Shown: positions 1-8,461 of the stretch, piece after piece
How positions within the stretch are numbered: the stretch's first letter is position 1
How the letters are laid out: each line of letters opens with the position of its first letter
Assembly (NCBI RefSeq): GCF_000253055.1
Contig: NC_016070.1
Coordinates: 1,170,001 to 1,202,000, forward strand
Source of the DNA: Thermoproteus tenax Kra 1
GTDB lineage: Archaea > Thermoproteota > Thermoprotei > Thermoproteales > Thermoproteaceae
DNA: 32,000 nt
Direction of reading: 5' to 3'
Notes under the pieces: generated by a model
What the model saw: only the letters and a program-made list of their open reading frames with translations
What the model was told of the DNA's origin: nothing
The model's database searches: none
Made by a program: the position numbers and the translations under genes

Positions 1-95
1 CGCTCTTCACCAACTCCTTCGCAACTTCTAGAAGTCCCTCGGCGATGTCTCTGGCGTATCTATGCGGCAGGTGTAAAATTATAAGTTAAATAACT

Positions 96-480
96 TCGGG
101 CCGGTTTCCGGCTTCTGGTTCGGGGCAGTTGAATTTGGCGCCGCGCGGCGGAGCCTTGGGGCACCGCCTAGGGCCTTGAGCTGTGCAGTTTGGCCGGCTT
201 AGGTCGCGCCGACCGTTGAGGTGTTTCGGATGCAGCGAAGTCCGTCGATCTCCGCCGGCTTTTCACGGGCCTTTGTCCCCACCGGCTTGTTCTACTATGT
301 GGGGCAGCTCCCGCGAGGCTATGGGTCCGATCTCCTGCGTAACCTCGTGGCCTGTAGCAGGCTCGCGTCTGCTGTCGCTAGGATTATGCGGCTTTAGTTG
401 TGGGTTGCCAAGACGGCGGTCGCCGTGTGGCGTCCGCAACCCCGCCCGAGGAGGGAGACGAGGGTGCGCCCGTTTGATTT
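96..480 (+). other. GC-rich block without credible ORF, carrying 4 same-strand copies of CCGGCTT; candidate structured RNA or regulatory region
   Basis: AT-rich TATA-like stretch at 75-95 (AAAATTATAAGTTAAATAA) upstream and a T-run (GATTTTC, about 474-482) downstream. CCGGCTT at 108-114, 194-200, 255-261 and 282-288, plus CGGCTTT at 389-395. ORFs on both strands are Arg/Pro/Gly-rich, compositional artefacts. Confidence 0.3.
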
Positions 481-511
481 TCATCGGCTCTGTAGGGGTG
501 GGATGAGGGGA

Positions 512-1489
512 TTATAGGGTTTTAGCCACCGCGTCCCTCAACGCCGGCCAGTGCCAGGCGTAGCGCTCGCCGATGCCGATAACGGGGTCCCTCGGCGGCT
601 TCCCGCCGGCGATTGTCTCCGTCAGCTCCAGCACCTTGTTGTACTTGTAGAGTAGCCTTTCTAGTCTCTCGGCCCCCGGCTGGTCGAGGACATCTGGGTC
701 CTCCGTCGCGCGTCTGAGCAGTTCGACAGCTCCGAGCTTGGCGGCTTCTCTCGCCATCTTGTCCACCCTCTCCCTCTTGACGATGGCCTTAATGTACCTC
801 TCCACGTCCCAGCCCAGCTCCATCAAGTCGCCCGCGCACCTCGGGTTTCCTCCGCACGTGCGCCACAGCGCCTCGAAGTCTATAGGCGGGCTCAACGCCT
901 CGTGGAGCTCCCTGAACTCCTCCCGCGCCAGGTTCCAGACCATGTACGGATCGGCGTAGCCCTTGGGGAGTATCCTCTCAACGGCGGTGTACTCAGAGGT
1001 TATGAGGACGACGTTGTATATCTTGTCCCTCAACCCCTCGTCCCTCATCGTCGGGTGCTCCATTAGGTCCATGAAGTATTTGACCCAGCCGACCGGGTCC
1101 TCTCTATACGCGCGGTGGAACTCGTCCACGATGAGGAGTATGTCCTTGGAGGTCTTCTCCGCAAAGTATAGGGCTATGTCCACCGCGGTTCTGGCCAGGA
1201 ACTCGCCTACTTCGCCGGCCACCGCCTTCGCGAATATCGAAAGCGCCTCCTTCAGCCACTGCACCGCGTTTGTGAAGAGGGCGTTCTTAGCCCTCTTCGC
1301 TCTCGCGTTTATGTAGAGGACCACTACGTCTCCGCCGAAGAGCTCCTCCGCCCTCTCGGCCACTCTCTGCGCCAGCGTCGTCTTGCCGCAGCCGAGGGGG
1401 CCGTAGAGGAGGAAGGGGTAGGTGTGTTGCATGCGCATGACGTCCCTAAACCACCCGAGCTCGCGGGAGCGGCCGACGAAGATGTGCAC
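512..1489 (-). CDS. Archaeal AAA+/P-loop ATPase (Arch_ATPase-like)
   Basis: 325-aa ORF. N-terminal FVGRSRELG, Walker A GPLGCGKT, Walker B LLIVDEF. GTG start with a TATA-like box 18 nt upstream. Confidence 0.85.
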   Translation of the reverse strand: MHIFVGRSRELGWFRDVMRMQHTYPFLLYGPLGCGKTTLAQRVAERAEELFGGDVVVLYINARAKRAKNALFTNAVQWLKEALSIFAKAVAGEVGEFLARTAVDIALYFAEKTSKDILLIVDEFHRAYREDPVGWVKYFMDLMEHPTMRDEGLRDKIYNVVLITSEYTAVERILPKGYADPYMVWNLAREEFRELHEALSPPIDFEALWRTCGGNPRCAGDLMELGWDVERYIKAIVKRERVDKMAREAAKLGAVELLRRATEDPDVLDQPGAERLERLLYKYNKVLELTETIAGGKPPRDPVIGIGERYAWHWPALRDAVAKTL

Positions 1490-1499
1490 GTCTCCTCCT

Positions 1500-2380
1500 G
1501 TAGCTTGTTTTAAATTTGTATAACGTTTTACTTATGCCAAGGATGGTGTGGGGTCTCGCGTTGTGGCGGTCTACGGCCCTTCCGACGGCTGTTGGACCTT
1601 TTTAGCCCGCTCCTGGCCTTCTGGGCGAGGTGCCTTATGTCTCTTTCGACGTCACGTATGTCTGTGTAGCGGCTTGCGACCCCCTCTGGGTCTAGCCCGC
1701 TGTATTGGAACTCGCGGTTATCGCCAGGTCTGTAAGATACACTATCTACACGCCGTATATGTCTGCCAAGATAGATGCGACTTCTCTCGTCCGGGTCGTC
1801 GGCATATATGCGATGATTATATCCGACTTTTGCCTGGGTTCTCCTGTTTTATCTTTCACAATTCCGCCGAATCCGTCGGCGATCGCATCTCTGTTTTGTG
1901 CCGCGGCGGCCGCCAGAAGCGCCTTCCAAGCCTACCACGCCTTGCCTGCGGCGTTTCTCGCAAGGCCCTGCTCCAGTTGATGGCGAGCTCCGCCTCTAAC
2001 ACGGCCTCCTCCGTCCTCAACTTTGTATATAGCGCCACGGATTCGGAGCTTTCTTAAAACGTCAGACACAATGAGACAGCCGGCGGTGATTATGTCTTGT
2101 TGTAGCCGTTTCGCAGACGGCGGCGCGTGGCTTGGCCGCGTTGGTTTTCAACGGTCTGTCGTGTGGAGAGACCTCTGCGGTTTATTAGGATAGCCGGCGG
2201 GCTTCACGTGGCTGCTGTTATGGCACATCCCTTTACCTGCCCGGGCAGATATTCTATTCCTCTGCGGCTGAAGCCCCCAGCCGTATATGCAGGATAGCCC
2301 GGCGGTTTTGAGGAGTAGGAAAGCCATTCCACATCGGCGATAATGCGTGCAAGATATGTTCTGAAGGCAGACTCCGCCAT
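1500..2380 (-). pseudogene. Decayed coding region(s): protein-like reading hops between frames
   Basis: Minus-strand pieces without continuous frame: MAESAFRTYLARIIADVEWLSYSSKPPGYPAY (ATG 2380), then KPAGYPNK in another frame. MALYTKLRTEEAVLEAELAINW (from 2038), then ...AQNRDAIADGFGGIVKDKTGEPRQKSDIIIAYMPTTRTREVASILADIYGV, then ...YRPGDNREFQYSGLDPEGVASRYTDIRDVERDIRHLAQKA, each in a different frame with no start codon. Confidence 0.3.
1508..1515 (-). promoter_or_regulatory. TATA-like box for the ATPase gene
   Basis: Minus strand reads ATTTAAAA, then 18 nt, then GTG at 1489. Confidence 0.4.
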
Positions 2381-2482
2381 TGTGGACGGGTCTATTTATG
2401 CAGTTCGCGAGAAGCGCCCGGAGGGGCCCACGGCGCGGCGGAGGCTCGGAGGTGCTGCGTAGAGACGGCGCCTTCTACGCCG

Positions 2483-3016
2483 CTATCTTGCGCCCCCCGA
2501 GGTCGCCAACAGACCTCTCCTCCAAGCTACGAGGGCCGCCACGATCGTCTTGCCATCTCTTATCTCGCCTCTGTCGACCATCTCCAGGAGCTCCGCCGGT
2601 TTCACTTGAACCACCTCCATGTCCGCCTCCCCGGGGTCCCTGTCCCCGACGCCGACGTACTCCAGGGCGTCGGTGTAATATATCCTGATGAGCTCGTTGG
2701 AGACGCCGGGGGTCGGGTAGAGGTCGATTAGGTGCTCCAGCCTCAGCGGTCTGTAGCCAGTCTCCTCCACCATCTCCCTCACGGCTGCCTCCAGCGGGTT
2801 CTCCCCAGGCTCCAGAGTCCCCGCGGGCACCTCCAACGTCCACTGGCCCAGCGCCCCCCGAAACTGTTTGACCAACAGCACGCTGTCGCCGTTGACGGCC
2901 AACACGGCGACTGCCCCGGGATGCACGAGGTACTCGCCCCACACGACGCGGCCACCGATCTGCCTCGCCCTCCTCACAAGGGTGAACTTCCTCCCCCTGT
3001 AGATCACCTCCTCCAT
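2483..3016 (-). CDS. NUDIX hydrolase (ADP-ribose pyrophosphatase-like)
   Basis: 177 aa. Nudix box GTLEPGENPLEAAVREMVEETGY. ATG 19 nt downstream of a TATA-like box. Confidence 0.9.
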   Translation of the reverse strand: MEEVIYRGRKFTLVRRARQIGGRVVWGEYLVHPGAVAVLAVNGDSVLLVKQFRGALGQWTLEVPAGTLEPGENPLEAAVREMVEETGYRPLRLEHLIDLYPTPGVSNELIRIYYTDALEYVGVGDRDPGEADMEVVQVKPAELLEMVDRGEIRDGKTIVAALVAWRRGLLATSGGAR

Positions 3017-3035
3017 ACGCCACAGCTAGTGACGC

Positions 3036-3043
3036 TATAAAAG
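3036..3043 (-). promoter_or_regulatory. TATA-like box for the NUDIX gene
   Basis: Minus strand reads CTTTTATA, then 19 nt, then ATG at 3016. Confidence 0.4.
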
Positions 3044-3222
3044 CTTTGATGGGCAAGGGCGATGCCTCCGGCTGTACGGAGGCTTGACGGCGATGGGCGC
3101 GCAGAGGATCCGCCCAGAGCACACAACGGGAGCCTTGAAAACGTGGCTCTGCGGCTGGCGTAGGGCGGCGGGGCGCTGGCACGCGGAGGGGGCCAAAGGC
3201 GGCAGGGCTTGTAGTCGTCAGT

Positions 3223-3627
3223 CTAGACTCTGCCGGTCTTAGCCGCCAACTCTATCAAGAGGCGCTGGATCTCCAGCAGAGTCTTCTGCACGTCGTCTAT
3301 ACGGGCGCTTAGGGCGTCTATCCTCTGGCTCACGGCCTCAATCCTCTTGGTCAGCTCGGTCGTAACGGAGTCTATGCGTTTGTTTGTGTCGTCGATCCTC
3401 TGGTTTGTGGCGTCGATCCTCCTGTTCAGGCTTTCGGCCAGCGCGTCCACCCTCTGCTCCAGCCGCGCGACCTCGCCCCTTATCCCTCCCAGCTCGTTCA
3501 CTATGGTGCCGAGGTACAATAGAAAGATGTCCTCCGTGGTGAGCTTCTTGCCCTCCTTAAGCTTCTCCACGACTCTGTCCACGGCCACTCTGAGGGCCTC
3601 CTGCGCGATAGGCGCGATGGAGTCCAT
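3223..3627 (-). CDS. Coiled-coil protein with xRIDxxx heptad repeats (hypothetical)
   Basis: Start moved to the internal ATG at 3627 (MDSIAPIAQEAL...) because a TATA-like box lies 20 nt upstream and the upstream ORF extension is low-complexity. C-terminal half reads RRIDATN QRIDDTN KRIDSVT ...KRIEAVS QRIDALS ARIDDVQ. Confidence 0.7.
   Translation of the reverse strand: MDSIAPIAQEALRVAVDRVVEKLKEGKKLTTEDIFLLYLGTIVNELGGIRGEVARLEQRVDALAESLNRRIDATNQRIDDTNKRIDSVTTELTKRIEAVSQRIDALSARIDDVQKTLLEIQRLLIELAAKTGRV
3290..3430 (-). repeat. Imperfect 21-bp periodic repeat encoding the heptads
   Basis: Units such as TCGTCGATCCTCTGGTTTGTG (3389-3409) and GCGTCGATCCTCCTGTTCAGG (3410-3430) match at 14 of 21 positions. 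Neighbouring units (3368-3388, about 3313-3333) are similar. Confidence 0.5.
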
Positions 3628-3647
3628 GGTATACCTCCCACGGCCAC

Positions 3648-3655
3648 ATATAAAC
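3648..3655 (-). promoter_or_regulatory. TATA-like box for the coiled-coil gene
   Basis: Minus strand reads GTTTATAT, then 20 nt, then ATG at 3627. Confidence 0.4.
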
Positions 3656-4527
3656 ATAACGCCGAGGCGGCGGCTAGATGCGGAGGCCGCCTTAGGCCGC
3701 TGTAGGACCGGGCTGGCGCGGAAGCCGGAAGGGCCAAGCGCGAGGCCTAGGAGGGGGCGGGCGGTCGACGCGGGCGCCAGGGGACCGGCTTGGGAGCACG
3801 TATGCGGCACAGAGCCGACGACCTCGTCTGCGCGATCTGTAGGCGCCGGGCGACGCCCTTGACGCCGTCTTTACGGCAGCCGGACCGGAGCCGCTTCTCC
3901 GCCAAGAACAAGGCCGTCCTTAGGGCTTACGTCCTCTATAAAGCGAGGCTACGTAGACGCCGCCGCTGCAGTGCCCGGAGCCCCAACGCTGTCGGCCATA
4001 CTCACCACATCGCCCGAGCCGGCCGCGCCCCTACAGGCGCGTCTGCACGGCCACCACTCCTCACGCCACCGTCGACAGCTCGAAAACCCGCGCAGGCGTC
4101 TATGTGAGGCATTCCCAAAGAGCGCCAAACGCTATCCAGAGCCCACAAGCCCCCGGGCGCCTTTAAACCAGCCGACCGACAAAGCCTCAGACTCCGCCCC
4201 CCGCCAAACCCCCACTTAAAAACCTCGCCTCCATCTGCCTCAAAGCCCCTCCGATCATTGGCTCCCGCTGAAGAAAAACGAAGCAACTTCGCCGTCACCT
4301 AGAGAAATGCCGGAGATGGGCTTGCCCCTCCCCAAGATGCTGTTTTGGACCACTCCTATAGGCGCATCTACAAGGCATCTCCGCAATTCACCAACCATTA
4401 GAGGTGGTGAATAGAGCGCTCCCCGCCAGCGGCCCTATGTAATCCACAACAGGCCTGATTGCGTTGGACGCGATCACCACAGTAGCCCCCTCCCCGCCCT
4501 AAAGGGCTGGGCTTGTTGTCTGCTCTG

Positions 4528-5091
4528 TCATATGGGGTATTCGAAGTTGGTCTCGGCCTCCCTAAGCGGCGGGCACCTCCGGTCCTTCTCGCTGAGGATT
4601 GCGTCTCCTATGGGCCAGGGGATGCCCACCTCGGGGTCGTCCCACCTCACGCAGCGCTCGTGCTGCGGGCTGTACTCCTTAGTCATGAGGTACATGAAGA
4701 GGGTGTCGTCCTCCAGCGCCTGGAAGCCGTGGGCGAAGCCCGGCGGAATCCACAGAAGCCTCGGCTCGTCGGCAGACAGCTCCACCGCCACGTACCTCCC
4801 AAACCAAGGCGACCCCCTCCTAACGTCGACGGCCACGTCCAGAACCCGCCCCCTGAGGACGGCCACCAGCTTCCCCTGCTCAGCCGGCTTAAGCTGGTAG
4901 TGGAGCCCTCTCACCACCCCCCGCCGCGACATGCTCACGCTCACCTGCACAAAGTCGTAGGGCACTCCCCCCGCCAGGAAGTCGGTGCGCTTGTAAAGCT
5001 CGGCGAAGAACCCCCTGTGGTCGGGGAAGACCACAGGCTCTATGAGAATTACGTCCGGGATCTCTAGCCTCTTGAAGCTCCTAAACGGCAT
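4528..5091 (-). CDS. rmlC: dTDP-4-dehydrorhamnose 3,5-epimerase
   Basis: 187 aa. DHRGFF, RGLHYQ and WIPPGFAHGF motifs. Last gene of the rml operon. Confidence 0.92.
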   Translation of the reverse strand: MPFRSFKRLEIPDVILIEPVVFPDHRGFFAELYKRTDFLAGGVPYDFVQVSVSMSRRGVVRGLHYQLKPAEQGKLVAVLRGRVLDVAVDVRRGSPWFGRYVAVELSADEPRLLWIPPGFAHGFQALEDDTLFMYLMTKEYSPQHERCVRWDDPEVGIPWPIGDAILSEKDRRCPPLREAETNFEYPI

Positions 5092-5094
5092 ACT

Positions 5095-5928
5095 TCACGA
5101 AGTGCCTAAGGGCTCCCTCAGCGAAGGCAGGGACAGCCCCATAGACGCCGCCCTAGATGTGTCCAGGCTCGAGTCCCGAGGCCGCCTAGCCGCCAGCCGC
5201 GCCTCAGACAGCCTCGCCGGCTTCACAAGGCTTTTGTCCACCCCCAGAGCCTCCGCCAGAGCCACCGCGAACTCAAACCGGGTGGCGGGCTCCCCAGCGA
5301 TGTGGACAATCCCCTCCACATCCCGCTCCAGAAGATCCGCGAGGCGCTCCGCCAGAAACGGCACATACGTCGGCGAAAGCCTCTGATCCACGAAAGCCCT
5401 CACCTCCTCCCCCCACCTAAGCCTCAGAAGAGCCTCAACCCCAAAGTTCCTCTTCCCATGGGGGCTCACCCCAAAGAGCCCGCTCACCCTCACCACCACC
5501 CCACCCCTCGCCAGCACAGGCCCCTCCCCCAGCAGCTTAGACAAGCCGTAGTAGTTCACGGGGTTGGGGACGTCCTCCTCCCTATACATCCCCCTCTCCC
5601 CGTCGAACACGTAATCCGTCGAGATGTACACCACCCGCCTAGCCGCCCTAGCCACCGCCAACGTCGCCAGGAAGTTAGCCCTATACGCCCTCGCCCGATC
5701 CACCTCACACCCGTCCACGTCCGTGTAGGCGGCCGCGTGGACCACCACGTCGGCCCGACGCACCACCTCCGGAACCCCAGCCTCAAGGTCAGCCCTCACC
5801 CACTCCACCCCCTCCAGCCCCCCGCCTCTCTCCCGGTACACCCCATACACCCTATACCCCCTCTCCGCCAGCTCCCTCGCCACCCACCACCCCAGCAGCC
5901 CCCCAGCCCCCGTCACCACTACCTCCAT
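5095..5928 (-). CDS. rmlD: dTDP-4-dehydrorhamnose reductase
   Basis: 277 aa. VTGAGGLLG Rossmann motif and YGLSKLLGE (YxxxK). Overlaps the rmlB stop by 10 nt. Confidence 0.9.
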   Translation of the reverse strand: MEVVVTGAGGLLGWWVARELAERGYRVYGVYRERGGGLEGVEWVRADLEAGVPEVVRRADVVVHAAAYTDVDGCEVDRARAYRANFLATLAVARAARRVVYISTDYVFDGERGMYREEDVPNPVNYYGLSKLLGEGPVLARGGVVVRVSGLFGVSPHGKRNFGVEALLRLRWGEEVRAFVDQRLSPTYVPFLAERLADLLERDVEGIVHIAGEPATRFEFAVALAEALGVDKSLVKPARLSEARLAARRPRDSSLDTSRAASMGLSLPSLREPLGTS

Positions 5929-6881
5929 GGCTCATCCGCAAGCACGTACTCGTCCAGCAGGGGGCGCCACCACCACTCGTTCTCCCTATACCACTCCACA
6001 GTCCTCCTAAGCCCCTCCTCCAGAGACACCTCAGGCCTCCACCCCAGCCCCCTCAACTTGTCACAACGCATGGCGTACCTCATATCCTCCCCCGGCCTCC
6101 CCCGCACGTACTTCACAGAACCACCCAGCGCAGAGGCGATCCTCTCCACCACCTCCCGCACAGACGCCGGCTGCCCCGCACAGACGTTGTAGATACCCCC
6201 GTCCACCCCCCGCTCGATGACCACCTCCAGCGCCCGCACGAAATCCCCCACATAAAGCCAATCCCTCACCTGCCGCCCGTCCCCATAGATCGTGGCGGGC
6301 CTACCCAACAGGAGGCGCACAATGGTGCGGGGGATGAGCTTCTCCGGATGCTGAAACGGCCCGTAGTTGTTACAAGGCCTAACAATCCTAAACCTAACCC
6401 CATACGTCCTCCCATACGCCTGCACCAGGAGGTCCCCAGCAGCCTTAGAGGCGGAGTAGGGGCTACTGGGCCTCATAGGCCAAGACTCGTCGGCCTCGCC
6501 GCCGCTTGCCAGGTCCCCATACACCTCGTCCGTAGAGATGTGGACATAGAGAAAGCCAAGCTTCCGCGCCGCCTCCAGAACCGAGTGCACCCCCCAGACG
6601 TTAGTCGTAAGAAAAGGCGCCGGGTCGTTAATAGACCGGTCCACGTGCGTCTCCGCCGCGAAGTTAACCACCACATCCGGCCTAAACCGCGACAGGACAT
6701 AGAAGAGAAGCTCGAAGTTCGCCACGTCCCCCCTCACAAACTCCACCTCCACCCCCCTGAGGTTCTCGAGGCGCCCCGCATACGTCAGCTTATCGTAGAC
6801 AAGCACCTCGCCGCGGCCCGCCATATGCCTCACGAAGTTACTCCCCATAAACCCAGCCCCCCCGATGACGGCCACCCTCAT
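5919..6881 (-). CDS. rmlB: dTDP-glucose 4,6-dehydratase
   Basis: 320 aa. IGGAGFMGSNF and YSASKAAGD (YxxxK). 4-nt overlap with rmlA. Confidence 0.92.
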   Translation of the reverse strand: MRVAVIGGAGFMGSNFVRHMAGRGEVLVYDKLTYAGRLENLRGVEVEFVRGDVANFELLFYVLSRFRPDVVVNFAAETHVDRSINDPAPFLTTNVWGVHSVLEAARKLGFLYVHISTDEVYGDLASGGEADESWPMRPSSPYSASKAAGDLLVQAYGRTYGVRFRIVRPCNNYGPFQHPEKLIPRTIVRLLLGRPATIYGDGRQVRDWLYVGDFVRALEVVIERGVDGGIYNVCAGQPASVREVVERIASALGGSVKYVRGRPGEDMRYAMRCDKLRGLGWRPEVSLEEGLRRTVEWYRENEWWWRPLLDEYVLADEPWR

Positions 6882-7936
6882 AGCTCCACCCGGCTGAAGT
6901 CCGAGATTATAAGCCTTGCCTCCCCCCTAAGATCCCGCCGCGACCTTACGACGCTACGCCTACCCAACACGCTGTCCACAAGCCTAAGCCCGCCCACCTC
7001 CACCTCCGCCTCGTTGAGAAGAAGGGAGCGCGACGCGCCGCCCGAGGCCAGGCGCGCCCCCGACTCCAGCGACACGTAGTGCTCCACCACCGCCCCCCGC
7101 CCCACGTACGCCCCCGGCCCCACGTAGGCCGGGCCAAACACCCTCCCCTCAACCACGGCGCCCTTCTCCACGACGACGCGCCCAACCACCTCCCCCCGGA
7201 CCTCCCCCTCCACCCTTGCCTCGGCGTGGTCTAGGAGAAGGTACACCGCCTCCAGAAGGCCCTCCGGCGTCCCCACGTCCTTCCACCAGCCGTCAACGAA
7301 GTCAAACCCCACCCTCCTCCCTCGGTCGATAAACCACTGGATGAGGTCCGTCACCTCGTACTCCCCCCTCCACGACGGCTTAAGCGACGAGAAGGCCCTC
7401 GCCACGTCCTCAGGATCCCTAAACATATACACGCCGACTACCGCCAGATCCGAGACCGGCTCCCTAGGCTTCTCCACCAGCCTAACCACCCGGCCGTCCC
7501 TAAGGACGGCCACCCCAAACCGGCTCGGGTCGGGCACCCTCGCCAGGAGGATGTAGACGTCGAAATCCCCCTCCAAAAAGGCACGCACGTGGCGCTTGAT
7601 GCCGCCCGCCAAGATGTTATCCCCCAGATAAACCACGAAGGGCCCCTTTATTTCGGGCAACGCCAGGCTGATGGCGTGGGCGATGCCCAGCCGGCGCTCC
7701 TGCCAGAAGTAGCGCACCCGCACCCCCAGGCGAGAGCCATCCCCCAGATGCTCTTGAATCAGATGCCCCATATACCCCACAACCACCCCCACCTCCGAAA
7801 CCCCAGCCTCAGCCAGGTGGACGATGGGGTATTCGATCATCGCCCTACCCAGAAGCGGGATCAAGTGCTTCGGAGTAGAAAACGTAAACGGCCGGAGACG
7901 CGAGCCCTCGCCGCCGGCAAGAACAAGACCAAACAT
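6878..7936 (-). CDS. rmlA: Glucose-1-phosphate thymidylyltransferase (long archaeal form with C-terminal left-handed beta-helix region)
   Basis: 352 aa. LAGGEGSRLRPFT nucleotidyltransferase signature. C-terminal part has a hexapeptide-repeat-like character (GxVVxxG repeats). Confidence 0.9.
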   Translation of the reverse strand: MFGLVLAGGEGSRLRPFTFSTPKHLIPLLGRAMIEYPIVHLAEAGVSEVGVVVGYMGHLIQEHLGDGSRLGVRVRYFWQERRLGIAHAISLALPEIKGPFVVYLGDNILAGGIKRHVRAFLEGDFDVYILLARVPDPSRFGVAVLRDGRVVRLVEKPREPVSDLAVVGVYMFRDPEDVARAFSSLKPSWRGEYEVTDLIQWFIDRGRRVGFDFVDGWWKDVGTPEGLLEAVYLLLDHAEARVEGEVRGEVVGRVVVEKGAVVEGRVFGPAYVGPGAYVGRGAVVEHYVSLESGARLASGGASRSLLLNEAEVEVGGLRLVDSVLGRRSVVRSRRDLRGEARLIISDFSRVEL

Positions 7937-7956
7937 TGGCTAATAGAGGGAAGCTG

Positions 7957-7964
7957 TATTTAAC
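7957..7964 (-). promoter_or_regulatory. TATA-like box for the rml operon
   Basis: Minus strand reads GTTAAATA, then 20 nt, then ATG at 7936. Confidence 0.45.
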
Positions 7965-8461
7965 TTGTTGTGGCATGTACCCCAGATAATTGCTTGGTAT
8001 ACATAGCCAGCGATTCTGCTATGAATATGTTGCATCTCATCTTTGCTAGGGTCTAATAGTTACGATAGATCTCGATAGATACTCTAGGTACTTCTCTCTA
8101 GCCCCCCCTTCGCGGCGCCCGGCCTCCTGGGGGACTGAAACACAGCCGGCACCAGAAAGTATGCCGTAATTAGCGCAAACCCTAGGCCTTCCATTGTATA
8201 GACTTCTCCGCCTTTGTCTTCCAGAACTTGTCTGAGAAGGCTCTGTTGCGTTGTCTGCTCTCCTTTCTCCCGTCGGCACCTTAATTCGCCTTACACTCGG
8301 CCTCCTCTAACACGATAGGACGTAAGTAAGAACCGAGTTTGTCATCGTCGATCTCTGGCTGTAGACCCCACCCAGCGTCCCCCTTGGCCTATAGCCGGCC
8401 GCCTTTTTCGCAGAAGATCGGTTTCTGAGAGTGTTGTCTACTACACTTTGCAGATAAGTAC

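Noticed and set aside
1-75. Open frame running off the left edge (minus: HRYARDIAEGLLEVAKELVKS...; plus alternative ...ALHQLLRNF-stop at 28-30)
   Set aside because: Too short to decide the strand. The minus frame has no canonical start codon before an upstream stop, and the two readings are antisense images of each other.
190-250. RNase P RNA-like motifs: GCCGGCTTA (CR-V-like, 193-201) and GCGAAGTCCG (CR-I-like, 233-243), which could pair as a P4 helix with a bulged U
   Set aside because: The two motifs are in the wrong order (CR-V-like before CR-I-like) and only about 35 nt apart. I could not find the other conserved regions or a P1/P2/P3 frame, so this is probably a coincidental hairpin.
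96-480. SRP (7S) RNA hypothesis for the GC-rich block
   Set aside because: I could not find the helix-8 core that I remember as conserved in SRP RNAs (CCGGAAGG...AGCA type GGAA tetraloop motif) on either strand.
183-506. ORFs 183-506 (+) and 263-484 (-) in the 5' GC-rich block
   Set aside because: Arg/Pro/Gly/Cys-rich translations with no motifs and mutually overlapping. These are typical chance ORFs in GC-rich non-coding DNA.
2380-3182. ORFs 2380-2688 (+), 2475-3182 (-) and 2732-3040 (+) overlapping the NUDIX gene
   Set aside because: They are out-of-frame or antisense to a motif-bearing gene, and their translations are Arg/Gly/Pro-rich low complexity.
3628-3810. N-terminal 61-aa extension of ORF 3223-3810
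   Set aside because: The extension is Ala/Pro/Ser/Arg-rich. A TATA-like box at canonical spacing points to the internal ATG at 3627.
4190-4260. Possible G-quadruplex on the minus strand (runs GGGGG, GGGGGG, GGGG)
   Set aside because: Only two long G-runs are within canonical loop distance, so I could not assemble four G3+ runs with loops of 7 nt or fewer.
5302-6192. 296-aa Pro/His-rich plus-strand ORF (and 6348-7079 +, 7589-7963 +)
   Set aside because: Antisense to rmlD, rmlB and rmlA. The poly-Pro/His composition is the mirror of G-rich codons on the coding strand.
8084-8194. 36-aa minus-strand ORF MEGLGFALITAYFLVPAVF... with one hydrophobic helix in the 7937-8461 spacer
   Set aside because: There is no TATA box at the usual spacing, it is very short, and there is no supporting motif. 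The tracked ORFs 8046-8279 and 8307-8933 are likewise compositional or out-of-frame with the epimerase.
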